Positions 63,064 through 64,000 of a stretch of DNA of 64,000 nt are shown here, piece after piece; the stretch's first letter is position 1, and each line of letters opens with the position of its first letter. The notes beneath the pieces were generated by a model that saw nothing but the letters and a program-made list of their open reading frames with translations, was not told the origin of the DNA and searched no databases. Position numbers and translations under genes: made by a program. This stretch comes from Octopus bimaculoides (lineage: Eukaryota), in assembly GCF_001194135.2 (NCBI RefSeq), contig NC_068990.1, forward strand, positions 39,542,585 through 39,606,584. The letters are read 5' to 3'.

Positions 63064-63844
63064 NNNNNNNNNNNNNNNNNNNNNNNNNNNNNNNNNNNNN
63101 NNNNNNNNNNNNNNNNNNNNNNNNNNNNNNNNNNNNNNNNNNNNNNNNNNNNNNNNNNNNNNNNNNNNNNNNNNNNNNNNNNNNNNNNNNNNNNNNNNNN
63201 NNNNNNNNNNNNNNNNNNNNNNNNNNNNNNNNNNNNNNNNNNNNNNNNNNNNNNNNNNNNNNNNNNNNNNNNNNNNNNNNNNNNNNNNNNNNNNNNNNNN
63301 NNNNNNNNNNNNNNNNNNNNNNNNNNNNNNNNNNNNNNNNNNNNNNNNNNNNNNNNNNNNNNNNNNNNNNNNNNNNNNNNNNNNNNNNNNNNNNNNNNNN
63401 NNNNNNNNNNNNNNNNNNNNNNNNNNNNNNNNNNNNNNNNNNNNNNNNNNNNNNNNNNNNNNNNNNNNNNNNNNNNNNNNNNNNNNNNNNNNNNNNNNNN
63501 NNNNNNNNNNNNNNNNNNNNNNNNNNNNNNNNNNNNNNNNNNNNNNNNNNNNNNNNNNNNNNNNNNNNNNNNNNNNNNNNNNNNNNNNNNNNNNNNNNNN
63601 NNNNNNNNNNNNNNNNNNNNNNNNNNNNNNNNNNNNNNNNNNNNNNNNNNNNNNNNNNNNNNNNNNNNNNNNNNNNNNNNNNNNNNNNNNNNNNNNNNNN
63701 NNNNNNNNNNNNNNNNNNNNNNNNNNNNNNNNNNNNNNNNNNNNNNNNNNNNNNNNNNNNNNNNNNNNNNNNNNNNNNNNNNNNNNNNNNNNNNNNNNNN
63801 NNNNNNNNNNNNNNNNNNNNNNNNNNNNNNNNNNNNNNNNNNNN
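63064..63844. other. Assembly gap
   Basis: N run between (TA)n and (GT)n. Confidence 1.
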
Positions 63845-63913
<69 letters not shown>

Positions 63914-64000
63914 TGTGTGTGTGCACGTGTGAGTGTGCATGGGTATGTGTATGTGTGCACAGTCACACTTATATGCAGAATTATATATGCATATGTTTAA

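Overview
AT-rich, repeat-saturated eukaryotic genomic DNA from a gapped scaffold (nine N-runs). The SINE families and microsatellite load look like an octopus (coleoid cephalopod) genome. That identification rests on recall of these repeat families and was not database-checked. No host protein-coding gene, rRNA, intact tRNA or CRISPR array can be supported. Nearly all ORFs in the supplied track are translations of microsatellites or gaps. The decodable content is decayed mobile elements: a Helitron fragment split by a SINE, an internally deleted hAT, a DD36E Tc1, two DD37D (maT) copies, two mariner relics (one a 5'-5' foldback), several MITEs, six R4/Dong-type LINE fragments next to (AAT)n, CR1-group LINE pieces and many copies of at least three SINE-like families. 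The most interesting observations are (1) a hairpin with compensatory base changes shared by LINE and SINE 3' tails, (2) a hammerhead-ribozyme-like core fused to that tail, (3) a 330-bp foldback centred on a tRNA-Thr-like sequence, and (4) a mariner built from two left ends.
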